Source of the DNA: Candidatus Delongbacteria bacterium
Lineage (GTDB): Bacteria > CAIWAD01
Reading direction: 5' to 3'
Length of the DNA: 64,000 nucleotides
NCBI GenBank assembly: GCA_963663545.1
Contig: OY760505.1
Span: forward strand, 416,001 to 480,000
Below are positions 1 to 9,402 of this stretch, one piece after another (positions within the stretch are counted from its first letter, which is position 1; each line of letters starts with the position of its first letter). The notes beneath the pieces were generated by a model. It worked only from the letters and a program-made list of their open reading frames with translations, was not told the DNA's origin and searched no databases. Made by a program: the position numbers and the translations under genes.

Positions 1-374
1 TGCTCAAAGACTTCTTGGCGGTGTTGCATCTGGTCCATTGGACGACTTTGCGCATCCCCCACCCGCGGTGGCTGCCAACTGGCGGCAGTTGTTCCGGGCT
101 GATGGATGCGCGCTGCCACCTCACGGATTTCTTCTTCCACAGCAGCCTTGGACTCGGCCGTATCACCGGGACGCCTGCGTGATACACGCGGTGGCGGCGC
201 GGTCTTTTCCTTAACGGCAGGGCGAGCGGCGGTGACTTCGATCAGCCGTGATGCAGCGCCATCTTCGCCATCCACGCGACGACTGGAAAGGATGATGGCC
301 TCGTCGCCAAACTCCTCCTTGACCAGTCCCAGCGCGTCCACCATGGTCGCTGCGGTGAAAGTTCTGATCTGCAT
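1..374 (-). CDS. flhF: Flagellar SRP-family GTPase FlhF, N-terminal part (runs off the window)
   Basis: Not in the ORF track. Manual translation from ATG at 374 gives MQIRTFTAATMVDALGLVKEEFGDEAIILSSR..., the typical FlhF N-terminus. GGAGG RBS upstream; lies downstream of flhA. Confidence 0.8.
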   Translation of the reverse strand, partial: MQIRTFTAATMVDALGLVKEEFGDEAIILSSRRVDGEDGAASRLIEVTAARPAVKEKTAPPPRVSRRRPGDTAESKAAVEEEIREVAARIHQPGTTAASWQPPRVGDAQSRPMDQMQHRQEVFE

Positions 375-391
375 ACCGCCCTCCTGTCCGC

Positions 392-2386
392 CTAGCCTGC
401 TGTCTCGCTGGCGGGATCGAAGTTGATGTCGTCTTGGTTAATCACGCCCTTGTCCCAAAGGTCAAGGAATTTGTCCACCATGCGGGGCTCGAACATGCGC
501 CCCGACTCGTTGCGCAGGATGCGCAGAATCTTGTCGACTTCCATTCCCTTACGGTAAATACGATCGCTGGCCATGGCGTGAAACACGTCGGCAATGGAAA
601 GCGAACGCACCGCTAGCGGAATTGCCTCGCCGCGCAAGCCATCCGGATAACCCGCTCCATCCCAGCGCTCATGATGGTGTCTCACGTAGGGAATCAGGTG
701 ATGCAGATGGGGTGCGCGCTCAAGGATTTTCGCGCCGATCAGGGGATGAGTCTTGATGTGACTGTATTCGTCCGGGTTAAGCTTGCCCGGTTTGTTCAAC
801 ACCGCGTCGCGGATCCCGATCTTGCCCAGATCATGCATCAGTCCACCCAGGCGCAGCTCGATCAGCTCCTCTTCGCCCAATCCCATGGCTCGCGCCACCT
901 TGACGGCGATGGCTGCCACTTGCGCACTATGGCCGTGGGTGTAATGATCTTTCTCGTCAATGGACTTGCTGAGCACTTGCACGGTCTCGAGATGCAGACG
1001 CCGCTGACTGGTGAAGAGCAGCGAGTTCTGCAGGGCCGAGCTCACGCTACTGGAAAGCAGCATGAAATTGCGCACTTCGAGCTGACTGAAATTCTCGCCA
1101 GCCAGTCGTATCACGCCCATCAGTCCGAAAATGCCGTAGCTATCGGAGAGCGGAACCCAACTCTGGAAGCGCACCCTGCCACTGACTTCGTTGTAATACT
1201 CGTAACGGCCATTGAAGCGCCGGGTTTGCCAGTGAAACTGGGCATCATTGATGCGCGTGACACGCTCGTCGAAGTGTTCGCGCAGCTCGTTCTGCAGTTG
1301 TGCATCGGGGCGACTGCGCCCGCGCAATTCAATGGTCAGTTCGTGCACGGAACGATCGAGATGTATCACGGCAGTATATTCGCAGTTGACAAAACTGCGG
1401 ATGCCAGCGTGAATTTCGTCCAGCGTGTTCTCCATGTCGAGGCGCGAATTCAGCCGACGACCGATTTCGGTCAACTGCTGCGTCGAACGCATTTCGCGCG
1501 TGGCAACGTGATACAAATGCGCATTCTCGAGAGCCACGTTCACGTGCGAGGCCATCACCTTGAGCAGGTCTAGTTGCTGCGCGTCAAAGGCGCCGTTTTC
1601 CAGCGTGCGCGTAATCAGCAAGTAGCCGCGTGTACGGCGATCACTCAGAAGCGGGATGCAAGCCAGCCAGCGTGGTCCCATCTCCTGCTGCACAATCTCG
1701 CCGCGGCTTTGCGCTTCCACCACCAACAGCTGCTCACTCTCGTCCAGCTCGGTCGGCAAGCCTGGACTGCGCCAGAAGATGCTCTCGTCGTCCACATCGG
1801 CAAAGCGGTACTGAATGGTGACGTCGCCTGCTTTAAAAGTGCTGACGATCAGCTGGGCAATGCGGTCCGGTAGATCGGACATGTGCAGGTTAGAGGTAAT
1901 CACCTGCGAAAGCTCGCGCAAGGCCACCTCGGCCTTCAAACGATCGCGCTCGAGACGAATCTTGCGATTGGCTTCAACGCGCTTGAGAATGCTGTAGGTG
2001 GCTGGCAGATCCACCGGCTTCTCGATGTAGTCGGCGGCTCCAAGGCGCATCACCTCCACCGCGTTCTGCACCGAGCTTAAGCCGGTCATCAGCAGTACAT
2101 CGATATTCGGCCACTGCCTACGGATCTCCTGCAAGAGTTCCTGGCCGCCAAGACCGGGCATGTTGCGGTCGGTGAGCACGATATCCACCGTATCACGCCG
2201 CAGTATTTCCAGCGCCTCCAGGCCGTTGCCGGCCTCCAGGATCACAGCGCCTTTCATCTCCAGATATCTCTTCAGGCTGATCACGACGCCCGGTTCGTCG
2301 TCCACCAACAGAATGCGGGAATGCAGTCGGCTATCATCGCCGTTCATATGCGCTCCTGGGCTTTGCACTGCTCCCGCCTGGTTCAT
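392..2386 (-). CDS. Response regulator-GAF-GAF-HD-GYP cyclic-di-GMP phosphodiesterase
   Basis: N-terminal REC (ILLVDDE...LTDRNMP...KP), two GAF-like segments, C-terminal HD-GYP (HDLGK...HHHERWDGAGYPDGL). Confidence 0.9.
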   Translation of the reverse strand: MNQAGAVQSPGAHMNGDDSRLHSRILLVDDEPGVVISLKRYLEMKGAVILEAGNGLEALEILRRDTVDIVLTDRNMPGLGGQELLQEIRRQWPNIDVLLMTGLSSVQNAVEVMRLGAADYIEKPVDLPATYSILKRVEANRKIRLERDRLKAEVALRELSQVITSNLHMSDLPDRIAQLIVSTFKAGDVTIQYRFADVDDESIFWRSPGLPTELDESEQLLVVEAQSRGEIVQQEMGPRWLACIPLLSDRRTRGYLLITRTLENGAFDAQQLDLLKVMASHVNVALENAHLYHVATREMRSTQQLTEIGRRLNSRLDMENTLDEIHAGIRSFVNCEYTAVIHLDRSVHELTIELRGRSRPDAQLQNELREHFDERVTRINDAQFHWQTRRFNGRYEYYNEVSGRVRFQSWVPLSDSYGIFGLMGVIRLAGENFSQLEVRNFMLLSSSVSSALQNSLLFTSQRRLHLETVQVLSKSIDEKDHYTHGHSAQVAAIAVKVARAMGLGEEELIELRLGGLMHDLGKIGIRDAVLNKPGKLNPDEYSHIKTHPLIGAKILERAPHLHHLIPYVRHHHERWDGAGYPDGLRGEAIPLAVRSLSIADVFHAMASDRIYRKGMEVDKILRILRNESGRMFEPRMVDKFLDLWDKGVINQDDINFDPASETAG

Positions 2387-2394
2387 CTTGAATC

Positions 2395-4452
2395 CTATGC
2401 CGCCTGTTTTTTCTTGGGCAGACCGATGCGCGATATACTTTCCAGTTCGACGTTGATGCTGAGCTCGCTGTAGGACAGGATCATCAGATCCTGCAGCGGG
2501 CCCTCCAGCAGACGCCGCAGATAGGCGCGAACATCGGGACGTGTCACCACAACCGGCGTGCGTCCTTCCGCCTGCAGGCGGTTACGGTACTCACGCAACT
2601 GTTGTATCACATAGGCGAAATCATCGGGACTCAGAGTACCCGCGCGGGAACCGTCCTTCTCACTGGCCAGAACGTTCTCCAGCTCGTGCTCCAAGGTAAT
2701 TGCCTTGATCCGTTGATGTTCACCCAATACCAGAGTCGTTATCGTTGGTGCCAACGCAAATCGCACGTATTCACCCAGCACTTCGGGGTCCTTGGTCTGG
2801 CTGCCGTAGTCGCTCAGGGTCTCCAGAATGGTGACCAGATCGCGCACCGGCACGCTCTCCTTCAGCAGGCGCTGCAGCACTTTGTGAATCTGCCCCAGTG
2901 ACATGGCGGAAGGATAGAGTTCGTCCACCAGCACCTCGTGTTCGGGCTTCAGATTGTCCAGCAGATGCTTGACGTCCTGGCGGCCCAGAATGCGCCAGGC
3001 CCAACGGCGAATGAGCACTTCCAGGTGCGTGGCCATGACCGCGCCCGGCTCCACCACTGCGTGTCCCTTGCGCTCGGCCACGCGCGCGCGCTCCTGGCGT
3101 ACCCAAAGGGCGGGCATGTGGAAGGTGGGATCCAGCGTGGGAATGCCTTGCAGCTCGTGATCCTTGGCGTCGGCGCCCAGCGCTAGCACGTAGCCCGTGC
3201 GGATTTCCGCCTCGCCCACCACGTTGCCGCGAATCTTGATGCGATACTCGTCGGGGCGCAGAGTAATGTCGTCGCGAATGCGCACCGGCGGTAATATGAC
3301 GCCGAGCTCGCCAGCCATCTGTTTGCGAATGCGCGAGATGCGCTGCACCAGGTCGCCGCCCTGATCTCGATCCACCAGCGGAATGAGCCCGTAGCCCATT
3401 TCAATTTCCATGGTGTCCAGGGTCAGATAGTCCTCAATGCGCTCCTCGCTGGACTTGGGTTCCGGTTTGATCTCCTCCTCCGCTGGCTCCTGCTGGGCCT
3501 TGCGCACCTTCCAGGCCAGTGCGCCCGATCCGGCGGAAAGCAACAGGAAGGGAATGATGGGCAGGCCGGGCACGAGCGCGAAGAAGAAGAGCATGCCGCT
3601 GGAGACCATCAGCGGTCGGTACTGCCAGAAGAGCTGGCGCGTCAGGTCTTCGCTGAAATGCGAGCGCGAGCCCGCGCGTGTTACAATGATACCCGCAGAA
3701 GCGGAAATGATCAGCGCTGGAATCTGGTTCACCAGGCCGTCACCCACCGTCAGCAGGCTGAAGGTGCGCGCCGATTCGCTGAAGCTCATGCCGAGCTGCA
3801 GGCTGCCCACCGCCAGACCGCCCAGGAGGTTGATCAGCGTGATCACGATACCCGCGACGGCGTCTCCGCGCACAAACTTGCTGGCACCGTCCATGGCACC
3901 GTAGAAGTCCGCCTCGCGACCAATCTTCTCGCGGCGGCGGCGTGCTTCGCGTTCGTCGATGAGACCGTTGTTGAGATCGGCGTCGATGGCCATCTGCTTG
4001 CCGGGCATGGCGTCCAGAGTGAAGCGCGCGGCCACTTCCGCCACACGGCCTGCACCCTTGGTGATGACGATGAAGTTGATCAGCACCAGGATCAGGAAGA
4101 CGATAAAGCCCACCACGACATTGCCGCCGACGACGAACTGGCCAAAGGCCTCGATCACCTTTCCCGCGTAGCCCTGCCCCAACACCAGACGGGTGGAAGC
4201 CACGTTCATCGCCAGCCTGAACAAGGTCAGAATGAGCAGCATGCCCGGGAAAATGCTGAACTCAAGCGGCTCGACGGTGTACAGGGCCACCAGCAGAATG
4301 ATCAGCGCCAGCATGATGTTCAGGGCCAACAACATGTCGAGGAAGACCGGCGCCACCGGTAGCACCATCATGACAATGATGCCCACGACGCCCAGGGCGA
4401 GCAGAATGTCCGAGCGGCCCATCAGCCGTCCCAGGAATCCCTTGCCACCCAT
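2395..4452 (-). CDS. flhA: Flagellar biosynthesis protein FlhA
   Basis: RVAEVAARFTLDAMPGKQMAIDADL and FYGAMDGASKFVRGDA motifs. Confidence 0.97.
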   Translation of the reverse strand: MGGKGFLGRLMGRSDILLALGVVGIIVMMVLPVAPVFLDMLLALNIMLALIILLVALYTVEPLEFSIFPGMLLILTLFRLAMNVASTRLVLGQGYAGKVIEAFGQFVVGGNVVVGFIVFLILVLINFIVITKGAGRVAEVAARFTLDAMPGKQMAIDADLNNGLIDEREARRRREKIGREADFYGAMDGASKFVRGDAVAGIVITLINLLGGLAVGSLQLGMSFSESARTFSLLTVGDGLVNQIPALIISASAGIIVTRAGSRSHFSEDLTRQLFWQYRPLMVSSGMLFFFALVPGLPIIPFLLLSAGSGALAWKVRKAQQEPAEEEIKPEPKSSEERIEDYLTLDTMEIEMGYGLIPLVDRDQGGDLVQRISRIRKQMAGELGVILPPVRIRDDITLRPDEYRIKIRGNVVGEAEIRTGYVLALGADAKDHELQGIPTLDPTFHMPALWVRQERARVAERKGHAVVEPGAVMATHLEVLIRRWAWRILGRQDVKHLLDNLKPEHEVLVDELYPSAMSLGQIHKVLQRLLKESVPVRDLVTILETLSDYGSQTKDPEVLGEYVRFALAPTITTLVLGEHQRIKAITLEHELENVLASEKDGSRAGTLSPDDFAYVIQQLREYRNRLQAEGRTPVVVTRPDVRAYLRRLLEGPLQDLMILSYSELSINVELESISRIGLPKKKQAA

Positions 4453-5525
4453 CAGGCGGTCCTCCGCTTGATCCGATAGACCCAGGCCAGCACTTCAGCG
4501 ACGGCACGGTAGAAGTCAACGGGCACGGCTTCGCCTACTTTGCAGGCCTTGAAAAGCGCGCGCGCCAGGGGCACGTTCTCGATGATGGGAATGTCGTTCT
4601 CGCGTGCAATGGTCTTGATCTTCTCCGCCATCAGGCGCTGCCCCTTGGCCACGACGACGGGCGCCGCCATGGTCATCTGGTCGTAGCGCAGCGCCACGGC
4701 GAGGTGCGTCGGGTTGGTCACCACGACGTCCGCGCGGGGCAGTTCCTTCAGCATGCGGTTGTAGGCGATCTCCATCTGCATGCTGCGAATGCGGCTCTTG
4801 AGCTGCGGATCACCGTCCGTCTGTTTGCGCTCTTCCTTGACTTCCTGCAGGGTCATGCGCAATTGGCGACTGTGGTTCCAGCGCTGAAAGATCAGGTCCA
4901 GAATGGCAATAGCCACCAGGCCTGAAAGCGCCCAGGCAAAGAGGCGCAACATGGCTCCAGCCAGAATGCGGACGGTGTTGCCCAGCGGAGTGTGAATCAG
5001 TGTCAGCAGGCGCGGCAACTCGTGCGAAAGCACGATGTAGACGATGGCGCCCACCAGCGCGATTTTGAGGATGCTCTTGATCAGCTCCACCAAGCTGCGC
5101 ACGCTAAAGAGGTTCTTGAAGCCACTGATGGGATTCAGGCGGTTGGGATCGGGTTCAACGGCTTTGGAGCTGAAGACGACGCCGAACTGCATGATATTGA
5201 TGGTGACCGAAACCACGGCGATGGCCAACACGAAGGGGCCAATGATAGTAAAGAGGACCATGACCGCTCGGGCAAATATTTCCGGAAGGTAGTCAACGCT
5301 GACTTGGGTGTAGGGAATGTCGCCGAGAATGCTGACCAGATAGCCGCCCAACTTGCCCACCATGAAGTGGCTGCCGACGACCATCATCGCCAGCGAGATC
5401 ACCAGTACAGCGGCTGAATTCAGATCCTGAGAACGCGCGACCTGACCCTCACGGCGAGCATCCTCGCGCCGTTTTTGGGTCGCCTCTTCCGTGCGTTCCT
5501 GGAAGGATTCCTGCTGGTCGGCCAT
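4452..5525 (-). CDS. flhB: Flagellar biosynthesis protein FlhB
   Basis: RTEEAT N-terminus, NPTH autocleavage motif, IENVPLARAL. Confidence 0.97.
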   Translation of the reverse strand: MADQQESFQERTEEATQKRREDARREGQVARSQDLNSAAVLVISLAMMVVGSHFMVGKLGGYLVSILGDIPYTQVSVDYLPEIFARAVMVLFTIIGPFVLAIAVVSVTINIMQFGVVFSSKAVEPDPNRLNPISGFKNLFSVRSLVELIKSILKIALVGAIVYIVLSHELPRLLTLIHTPLGNTVRILAGAMLRLFAWALSGLVAIAILDLIFQRWNHSRQLRMTLQEVKEERKQTDGDPQLKSRIRSMQMEIAYNRMLKELPRADVVVTNPTHLAVALRYDQMTMAAPVVVAKGQRLMAEKIKTIARENDIPIIENVPLARALFKACKVGEAVPVDFYRAVAEVLAWVYRIKRRTA

Positions 5526-6164
5526 GCCGGCTCCCTTTTAGGCCCATTTTCCGGGCACAATCTTCCCCCAGAAGGTCCACGAAATGGGCTTTTGGGATAG
5601 AAAGGCAAATGGCGGGCCTGAATCGGAAACTTGGAGAGTTTGGAACTCACTCCTGCGTGTTCATGAGTAGTACTCGCCCTCCGTCTCTTCCGGCGTTGAC
5701 GTGCCGGTCGGACCTGATCCGGCTCCTGCCCATCGCTCGCACGGTTCTGGATCGTCGCCAGTTCAAGCGCACATCCAGAATCTCGCTCAAGTCCGGAGTT
5801 GGCTGCGAGCCACCACCCACCCCCCTGCCGGGGTCACGCTTGGCAACTGGCTCCGGTTCCCGGAAACTCGCCTCAGCGAGAAAGATTGCTCTCGTGTGTC
5901 ACGCCCGCTGGACGGTTCCGGCACATACCGTCTGAATCAGCGCCTCGGCGCGTTTCCCTTCCCGGTGTGTCGCTGCCCGCTTGCATGCGTACTCTTACTC
6001 CTGCACGCACGTGTACGCTTCCACGTTTCGAGAAGACGGAAAGCGTGGACGCGTCCAAGATCTCGAAATGATGGGAAGCATGGACGAGTACGTCCATCGG
6101 CCTCTGGAGGAATGTGCGAGGGTTCGTGTTCTGCAGAAAGGGAAAGCCGCGAGCTATATCCCGG

Positions 6165-6641
6165 CTACTCCACGATTCGCCCAGCGCGACGAAGATGCTG
6201 GCGAAGATTCGCCATCAGCGCCGTATCACGGGCAGAATCGAAGTGCGGACCCGCTCCCCAGTCATAGCCCCAGACCGGACGCGGACGCATCTCCTCGGGT
6301 TCGTCGTAGTAGCGGGGGAAAACGTGAGCGTGCAGCGTTGGATCGACATTGCCCAGGATCTCGTAATTGAGCCGGCAACAGTCGGTGAGGGCCAACAGCG
6401 CATCGCCGGTTGCGGTCCAGTCCAGCATGAAATCACCGCGCTGCTGTGGATTCAGCTCGTTCAAGGTGCGGATCGGAAGTGCGTCCGGATCACGCCCCAG
6501 CGGGTCGGACAGCAGAACACAGTACCCGCGCAGAAGTTGCCAGTCGCCCAGTGCCAACCAACCGCTGCGCAGGCGCGCGATCACTTGCGCGTTGTCGCCG
6601 GTACGGGCCAGTTCAATACGCTCACGAATGCTCAAGGCCAT
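6165..6641 (-). CDS. HIT-family hydrolase
   Basis: LNYEILGNVDPTLHAHVFPRY HIT-like motif. Start placed at MALSIRE. Confidence 0.8.
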   Translation of the reverse strand: MALSIRERIELARTGDNAQVIARLRSGWLALGDWQLLRGYCVLLSDPLGRDPDALPIRTLNELNPQQRGDFMLDWTATGDALLALTDCCRLNYEILGNVDPTLHAHVFPRYYDEPEEMRPRPVWGYDWGAGPHFDSARDTALMANLRQHLRRAGRIVE

Positions 6642-6658
6642 CGGCCCCTCCTCTGAAC

Positions 6659-7333
6659 TCACTCCGGTATTCCGATAGGCATCAACAACAAGGGCGTTTC
6701 CTGCAAGGGCAACTGCAGCAGCGATTGGACTTCGGTGTCGTCGAAGGCGCCCACAGACAAGGTTCCCAGCCCGAGGCTCTCGGCCTGCAAATACACGTTC
6801 TGTGCCGCGTGCCCCACTTCCATATCGGTGTAGCGCACACCGCGCTCGCCATACCGGACCGTCATGCGCTCGTAGGCCGCTGCCATGACCAGCACGACGG
6901 GCGCATCCTGCACCCAGGGCTGCGTGTAGGCGGCGGTGGCCAGCGCCTCACGAATGTCCGCATCGGCGTGGCGTACCAGAACATGAGCGCTGGGGTAATA
7001 ATTGTAGATGCCCGTCGCCAGATTCTCCACCTCGTAGGCCACCAGATACAACTCCAGCGGATAACGGGCTCCCGCCGAAGGCGCGGTGCGATACTCGAAG
7101 CCCTGGGTAAGGCCCTGAGCCGCCCAAAGAAGTTGAGAAAGCTGCTGCAGACTCAGGCTGCTATCCTGGAAAGCACGGCGCGAACGACGCTGATTCAGTG
7201 CCTGCTCGAGAGAAAGCGTGCCCGTCCGCTGCGGCTCCGGCAGTGTGATACGATCAAGCGCCATGGCAAGTTGTGTCACAAGTACTAGTAGTAGCACGTG
7301 ACACAAGCATGTAAGTCTTCTACACCACATCAT
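6659..7333 (-). CDS. SagB/ThcOx-family nitroreductase-like dehydrogenase
   Basis: RRSRRAF...LSQLLWAAQG...RTAPSAGARYPLELY...EVGHAAQNVYLQA. Confidence 0.9.
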   Translation of the reverse strand: MMWCRRLTCLCHVLLLVLVTQLAMALDRITLPEPQRTGTLSLEQALNQRRSRRAFQDSSLSLQQLSQLLWAAQGLTQGFEYRTAPSAGARYPLELYLVAYEVENLATGIYNYYPSAHVLVRHADADIREALATAAYTQPWVQDAPVVLVMAAAYERMTVRYGERGVRYTDMEVGHAAQNVYLQAESLGLGTLSVGAFDDTEVQSLLQLPLQETPLLLMPIGIPE

Positions 7334-7599
7334 CTTGCTTCCCTCCTCTGCCAGATGGACAATGACGACCAGAGCAGCAGCAGGCGACCTCGGTCTATGC
7401 CTCCCGGTGCTTCAAGTTGGTAAAGGCAAGTTTCCTACTTCAGGTTGCGTATCACGAGTTCTATGCACGAGCAAAACGGTCCACGTGTTCCACCACCACA
7501 ACTGGAAAAAGAACTCGCCGGTCGCAGACGGCAACCGGCGAGATGAGATGCGTAGTGCGCAGATCCGAAAAAGCCCTTTCGGATCTCGACCTGAGACGA

Positions 7600-8121
7600 T
7601 TAGTCCAGAGTCACTTCATGCGTCGTGTAGCACTGCACTGTGGTGGCGCTGCTCATGGTGGCCTCGTCGCCCTTGATCAGAAAGCCGAGGATGCAGCAGA
7701 AGACGCCGATGCCGATGGAGAGAATCATGCGATCCTCACCCTTGGCCATGGCCAGGCCGCGCTCGAGAGGAATGACCGTGCCATCGGGCGCAGTCACGCT
7801 CTGGAAGGAAATGTGGATCTCACCGGGAATACCTGCCAGGTTGGCCTTGACGGAATTGGTGATACGTCCGATGACCGCAGAACCAGCGGGAATCACCTCG
7901 ACACCCTTCACCATCACCGGAGCTGTCGTCTCGCCGCTGATGGAAGAGCCGACGCTCAGAGTGCCAGAGGTCAGCACCTGGTTCAGCTTGACGGTTATCG
8001 GCGTACCCGCAGGAATGGTGGTTCCAGCATAGGCACTCAGCGGAGCGCCGCACAGAACCAACATGGCCAGAACCAGCAGGCGCGCCGTCTGGCGCCAGAA
8101 AAAGGATTGCGCAAACTTCAT
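7600..8121 (-). CDS. Exported/membrane hypothetical protein
   Basis: Signal peptide from MKFAQS, beta-rich core (TTIPAGTPITV), C-terminal hydrophobic segment. Confidence 0.6.
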   Translation of the reverse strand: MKFAQSFFWRQTARLLVLAMLVLCGAPLSAYAGTTIPAGTPITVKLNQVLTSGTLSVGSSISGETTAPVMVKGVEVIPAGSAVIGRITNSVKANLAGIPGEIHISFQSVTAPDGTVIPLERGLAMAKGEDRMILSIGIGVFCCILGFLIKGDEATMSSATTVQCYTTHEVTLD

Positions 8122-8135
8122 GGTTCGCTTAACTC

Positions 8136-8960
8136 CTACCTGAATGTGGATTGATATTGGTGAACACGATACTCGTTGATACGCTGCACGGCGTTCCAGG
8201 AGCCGTACATGTTGCCGAGATAGAAGCCGACGGTGGCAAAACCGCTGAGAGCGGCAAGACCTTCGTGACCGGCATCGATGGCGCTCCAGGTGCCAAAACC
8301 AAGCGCACTCACAACCAGCAGGGCTGAAATGGCCGTTCCCCAATGGTCGGCATAGGCGTAACCAGCACCCGGCATGATGGCCAGTGTTGCAGCCAGTTCC
8401 GGAGATTTCTGACGAGGCAATTGTGTGTCACGCGCCAGCGTCCACAGCTCATGGGCGTGCGCGTAGGTCGAGGCGTCTGCGGGAATGGAATCCCATGTGT
8501 GACACGCATCCTGGGGACGAAGCTGGCAAACTTGCGCCAACCCCAGTTGCAGCGCCGCCAGATCTCGGCCACTGTCGTTTGATTCGTGAACCACGCGATC
8601 GAGCAGCTGCTCCGCCTCACTGTATTGGCCTACGCTGACAAGCACTATTCCGCGCCTGAGGGGAAGCTCTTGTGTCACCTTCTCCGTCTCGGCCTGCATC
8701 CGCGAGAGCCAATCGAGGGCGCCGTCAAAGTCCTCGAGCAACAGAAAGCAGGACAGCGCCTGCAGACGCGCCTCGTCCCGTGAACCGGCATCGTCAGCGT
8801 TGTGGGAGATACGCAAGTATTCGGTGAGCGCCCGGTCGTAATAGCCCTGGGCAAGCAGCCAATCGGCGAAAGAGCTCTGCGCACACAAGGGCAGACACAG
8901 CACCAGAAGCGCAACGAGGCAAAGGGGGAGATTAGGGCTGATCTTCACAGCGCGGTCCAA
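8136..8960 (-). CDS. TPR-repeat exported protein with C-terminal membrane segments
   Basis: Signal peptide, TPR-like helices (YYDRALTEY, QYSEAEQLL), KSPELAATLAIMPGAGYAY followed by TM helices. Confidence 0.7.
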   Translation of the reverse strand: MDRAVKISPNLPLCLVALLVLCLPLCAQSSFADWLLAQGYYDRALTEYLRISHNADDAGSRDEARLQALSCFLLLEDFDGALDWLSRMQAETEKVTQELPLRRGIVLVSVGQYSEAEQLLDRVVHESNDSGRDLAALQLGLAQVCQLRPQDACHTWDSIPADASTYAHAHELWTLARDTQLPRQKSPELAATLAIMPGAGYAYADHWGTAISALLVVSALGFGTWSAIDAGHEGLAALSGFATVGFYLGNMYGSWNAVQRINEYRVHQYQSTFR

Positions 8961-9291
8961 TTGGTGTCAGGGTACGTTGATAATAGCGGATCTCGTGGCC
9001 GCAGCGCAGCAGGCGATCGGTCGTCTGCAGCGTCGCCAGAAAGGGAGAATGGCGCTGAAGCGAGAGCGCACAATACTCGGAGCAGCTGGGATGCATCACG
9101 CAACTGTGATCGTCCACATCGGTGATGTAGTGTTGGTAGAAGCGCACACCCAGCAGTAGAAAGGAATTGACACAGTCCAGCAGCCCCACTCGCGGTTCCT
9201 GGGGCGGCACTTCGGGTTTGTGCTCGAGCTGGGTTGCCCAAACGCATCGTAGACACGTGAGTGCTAGCAGGAAACACACTGCGCGCTTCAT
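8932..9291 (-). CDS. YidD-like (haemolytic domain) protein with signal peptide
   Basis: FYQHYI...CVMHPSCSEYC...DRLLRCG YidD cysteine signature. Confidence 0.75.
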   Translation of the reverse strand: MKRAVCFLLALTCLRCVWATQLEHKPEVPPQEPRVGLLDCVNSFLLLGVRFYQHYITDVDDHSCVMHPSCSEYCALSLQRHSPFLATLQTTDRLLRCGHEIRYYQRTLTPIGPRCEDQP

Positions 9292-9402
9292 TCCCTCTCC
9301 GGTTGTTCTTTCTTTAACAAATATCCTGAAAAGCCCTTCCAGGGACAAGTGCGGGAGAAAAGAAAAGAGCCGTGATCAGAGAAGGCTGCGAGAAAACGGC
9401 CC

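Noticed and set aside
2395..5525. Type III injectisome (SctV/SctU)
   Set aside because: The downstream flhF and the sequence features indicate the flagellar system.
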